A DNA stretch of 64,000 bases, taken from the NCBI GenBank assembly GCA_965649765.1, contig OZ287755.1, positions 19,964,001 to 20,028,000 of the forward strand, read 5' to 3'. Source of the DNA: Bispira polyomma. Lineage: Eukaryota. Of this stretch, positions 61,763 to 64,000 are shown piece by piece. The notes beneath the pieces were generated by a model, which saw only the letters and a program-made list of their open reading frames with translations, ran no database searches and was not told the origin of the DNA. The position numbers were made by a program, and so were the translations under genes. Every line of letters starts with the position of its first letter. Positions within the stretch are counted from its first letter, which is position 1.

Positions 61763-64000
61763 CTCCCAATAGTAAAATTGCAAGATCTATGTTTTCGAGG
61801 TAGCCAGTAATCAGGATCGAGGTACTGACCTATCGGGAGAGAGGTACCAACCTATCGGGGATGACAACGACCTATCGGAGATGACAACAACCCATCTTTA
61901 TGATCGTAACATGTTGTCCCCACTTGTCTTTGTTAATCAGGACGATTTTTTGGGCAAGATTCCCGATCTGTCCCAATCTATCGGGCCTTACTCCCAACCT
62001 ATCTTTACAATCGGGAACCATTACGATTTATATAAAATTTCCCGCCCTTTCTTTTCCAAAATCGTGGCAAAATGCTATGATTGCGGGACTGTATGACATC
62101 GGCTTTAGCGAAGTCAGTAATAACACATGGTGTGCAAAGCATCTAGTTCATTATTAGCTTTGTATTGTTATCATAATATCACAAATATATATAATAAAAA
62201 ATAAGACAGTAAGATAATAATAAAATCTACTCTGGACTACATAATGGCCCCATGGGTCTAGGTATAATTGAACACCACGTCCCAGAGTTAATTAGCTGAT
62301 TACATTATCATTTATAAAAACCACTTGTTGCAAATTTAAAAAAATACAGCCCTGGCTAATTAATACAAGGGGTGGCAACAATTAATTGAAAAATTTCCAT
62401 CACCATGGCAGGTATACGCCAAGTACATTTTGTATCACAAACCCCAAACATATTTAAACCACCATCGCGTGATGAAACAATATAGTAAAAGACCAATTAA
62501 AATCATTAACTAAGCAATTAAAAAGCTCGCATATTTACAGTGAAAAGGCTCCTTACCTAGTTTTTTACAATAGAAATAAGGTAGGAGTATATAGAACTTA
62601 GTAAACATGGTCATAAATACGCCTAGAATATAACAAGAATCGTGTCACACACAGAATTTATAGGTGGTGCCTGGGGGAAAATAACACTCTTACTTCTGCC
62701 TCAGATATTGGTGGTGCTAATAATGACAGTTTTTGTAGGGTAAGGATTCCTCTTGACAACATGTTAGATATCAAGCTATACCAACCAATGTGCACTGCTT
62801 GATCTGTTATATGCATATTTTAACTGGTTACCAGCAAATCGTCCAATAATTGCCTCTCCTGGGAACCAGTGCATATTAATCCCTTCCATAACCACCCCCT
62901 CCACCCCCTCCACCCCCCACCCCCCCCACCCCCCTACCAAAAAATCTTATAATACAAATTTTAAAGTTGTGATGCAGTAAGTATAAAATATATATTATTT
63001 AAAATTTTATAAGATAGGGGAAAATACTAAAATACAAATTTAATTTAAATCTATATACATGTAAGTTGAAATCAACTAGATATTATGAATAAAAGCACTC
63101 AAAAACGTTGTTTTTCTAAAACAACACACTTTAAGGTGACCTTAAATTGAGGGAGACCAAACATAGCTATGCATATTTAATAGGTACACCGCTCTAGTAA
63201 TCTAATAAATGTCTCTACCAGCTTTAGGGAAAAGCTATGAATATCAAATCAAAAGTTGTTCCCCCTCAAAGCCCAATGATTATGAGCCTTGAGGTTTTAG
63301 TACGGCACAGAGATATTCCTTTGCAATATATTTAATAATAAAATATATGTAGCGTCTCTGGTGGATAATTTGTTTAAAAAAAACTTATTATATAATTTAC
63401 AGGTTATTTATTTCCAAACAAAGAAAACTGACATTTAAAAATGAATGCACGAAATATTTCTTGCCAATATATTTGTATGTCTAATAGCTTTTCCACTTTC
63501 TTTCTCAGTTAAGTTCAAAAGGAAAGGAATAGAATACTCATTTTGTACTTCTTAAAACCCCTTTGAATGTAATCAATGTAATCAATCCCAAATGGTTGGC
63601 ACCTTACATTTGGTTACTATGATATCAGTCAGAAGGTCCTGAAGAGATGGTTTTGGTCTATAATTACCCTAGAACTGATTGCTATAACAGAAAGGCGAAT
63701 GCACAAAGTTTCTCTCACAAAACATAAATATTGTGTGTGTGATTTCTCATAGTGTGACTAATAAGCCGTCTAATGGCTGGGTGCCCTAATAATTTATTTG
63801 GGGTGGGGTCTTTATAAAAATCATCTATTTACTGTAGCTAATATTTATAACTGTATGACATACACACTTGTCAATGAAATAAAATATTACAACTACTAAT
63901 TCACAGGTAAAGAGAGTTTTATACTGACACATATAGTATAAGATATACTACGGAAGTCTATACAGGTCCCACAAAAAAAAAAATTATATCGTAATTACAA

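Larger units (their letters stand above)
60050..62104. mobile_element. Internally deleted PIF/Harbinger transposon
   Basis: Transposase remnant; inverted subterminal repeats (gttcccgattgtaaagata on the left, tatctttacaatcgggaac on the right; cccgatagg/cctatcggg); right end ...gtatgacatcggct followed by TTA; left TIR not found. Confidence 0.85.

Noticed and set aside
62105-64000. Additional gene at the right end of the window
   Set aside because: No ORF or recognisable exon; AT-rich sequence that could be a UTR or intergenic DNA but cannot be assigned.

Overview
AT-rich eukaryotic (invertebrate metazoan, probably mollusc/lophotrochozoan) genomic DNA. It holds two spliced genes facing each other. 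On the + strand is the 3' half of a GIT (ARF-GAP GIT1/2) orthologue, from the SHD2 domain through the coiled coil to the C-terminal paxillin-binding domain (5920-26293); its 5' part lies outside the window. On the - strand is a complete DRG1 gene (developmentally regulated GTP-binding protein 1; 11 coding exons, 367 aa, 56589-41179). Introns and intergenic DNA are packed with mobile elements: the 3' end of a DIRS1-type tyrosine-recombinase retrotransposon, a RING-finger ORF resembling RAG1/Chapaev N-termini inside a putative non-autonomous element, an internally deleted PIF/Harbinger element, an L2/CR1 LINE remnant, about four tRNA-derived SINE families and many MITE families. The most striking unexplained pattern is that tandem repeats start exactly at exon-intron boundaries. 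Six splice sites (four donors, two acceptors) in the two genes have been amplified into arrays of 2 to about 36 copies. In every case the exon-proximal copy gives the conserved protein. Exon structures are hand-derived from GT/AG sites, phase and remembered protein similarity, with no RNA data; TE family names come from structure and recollection, not from database searches.
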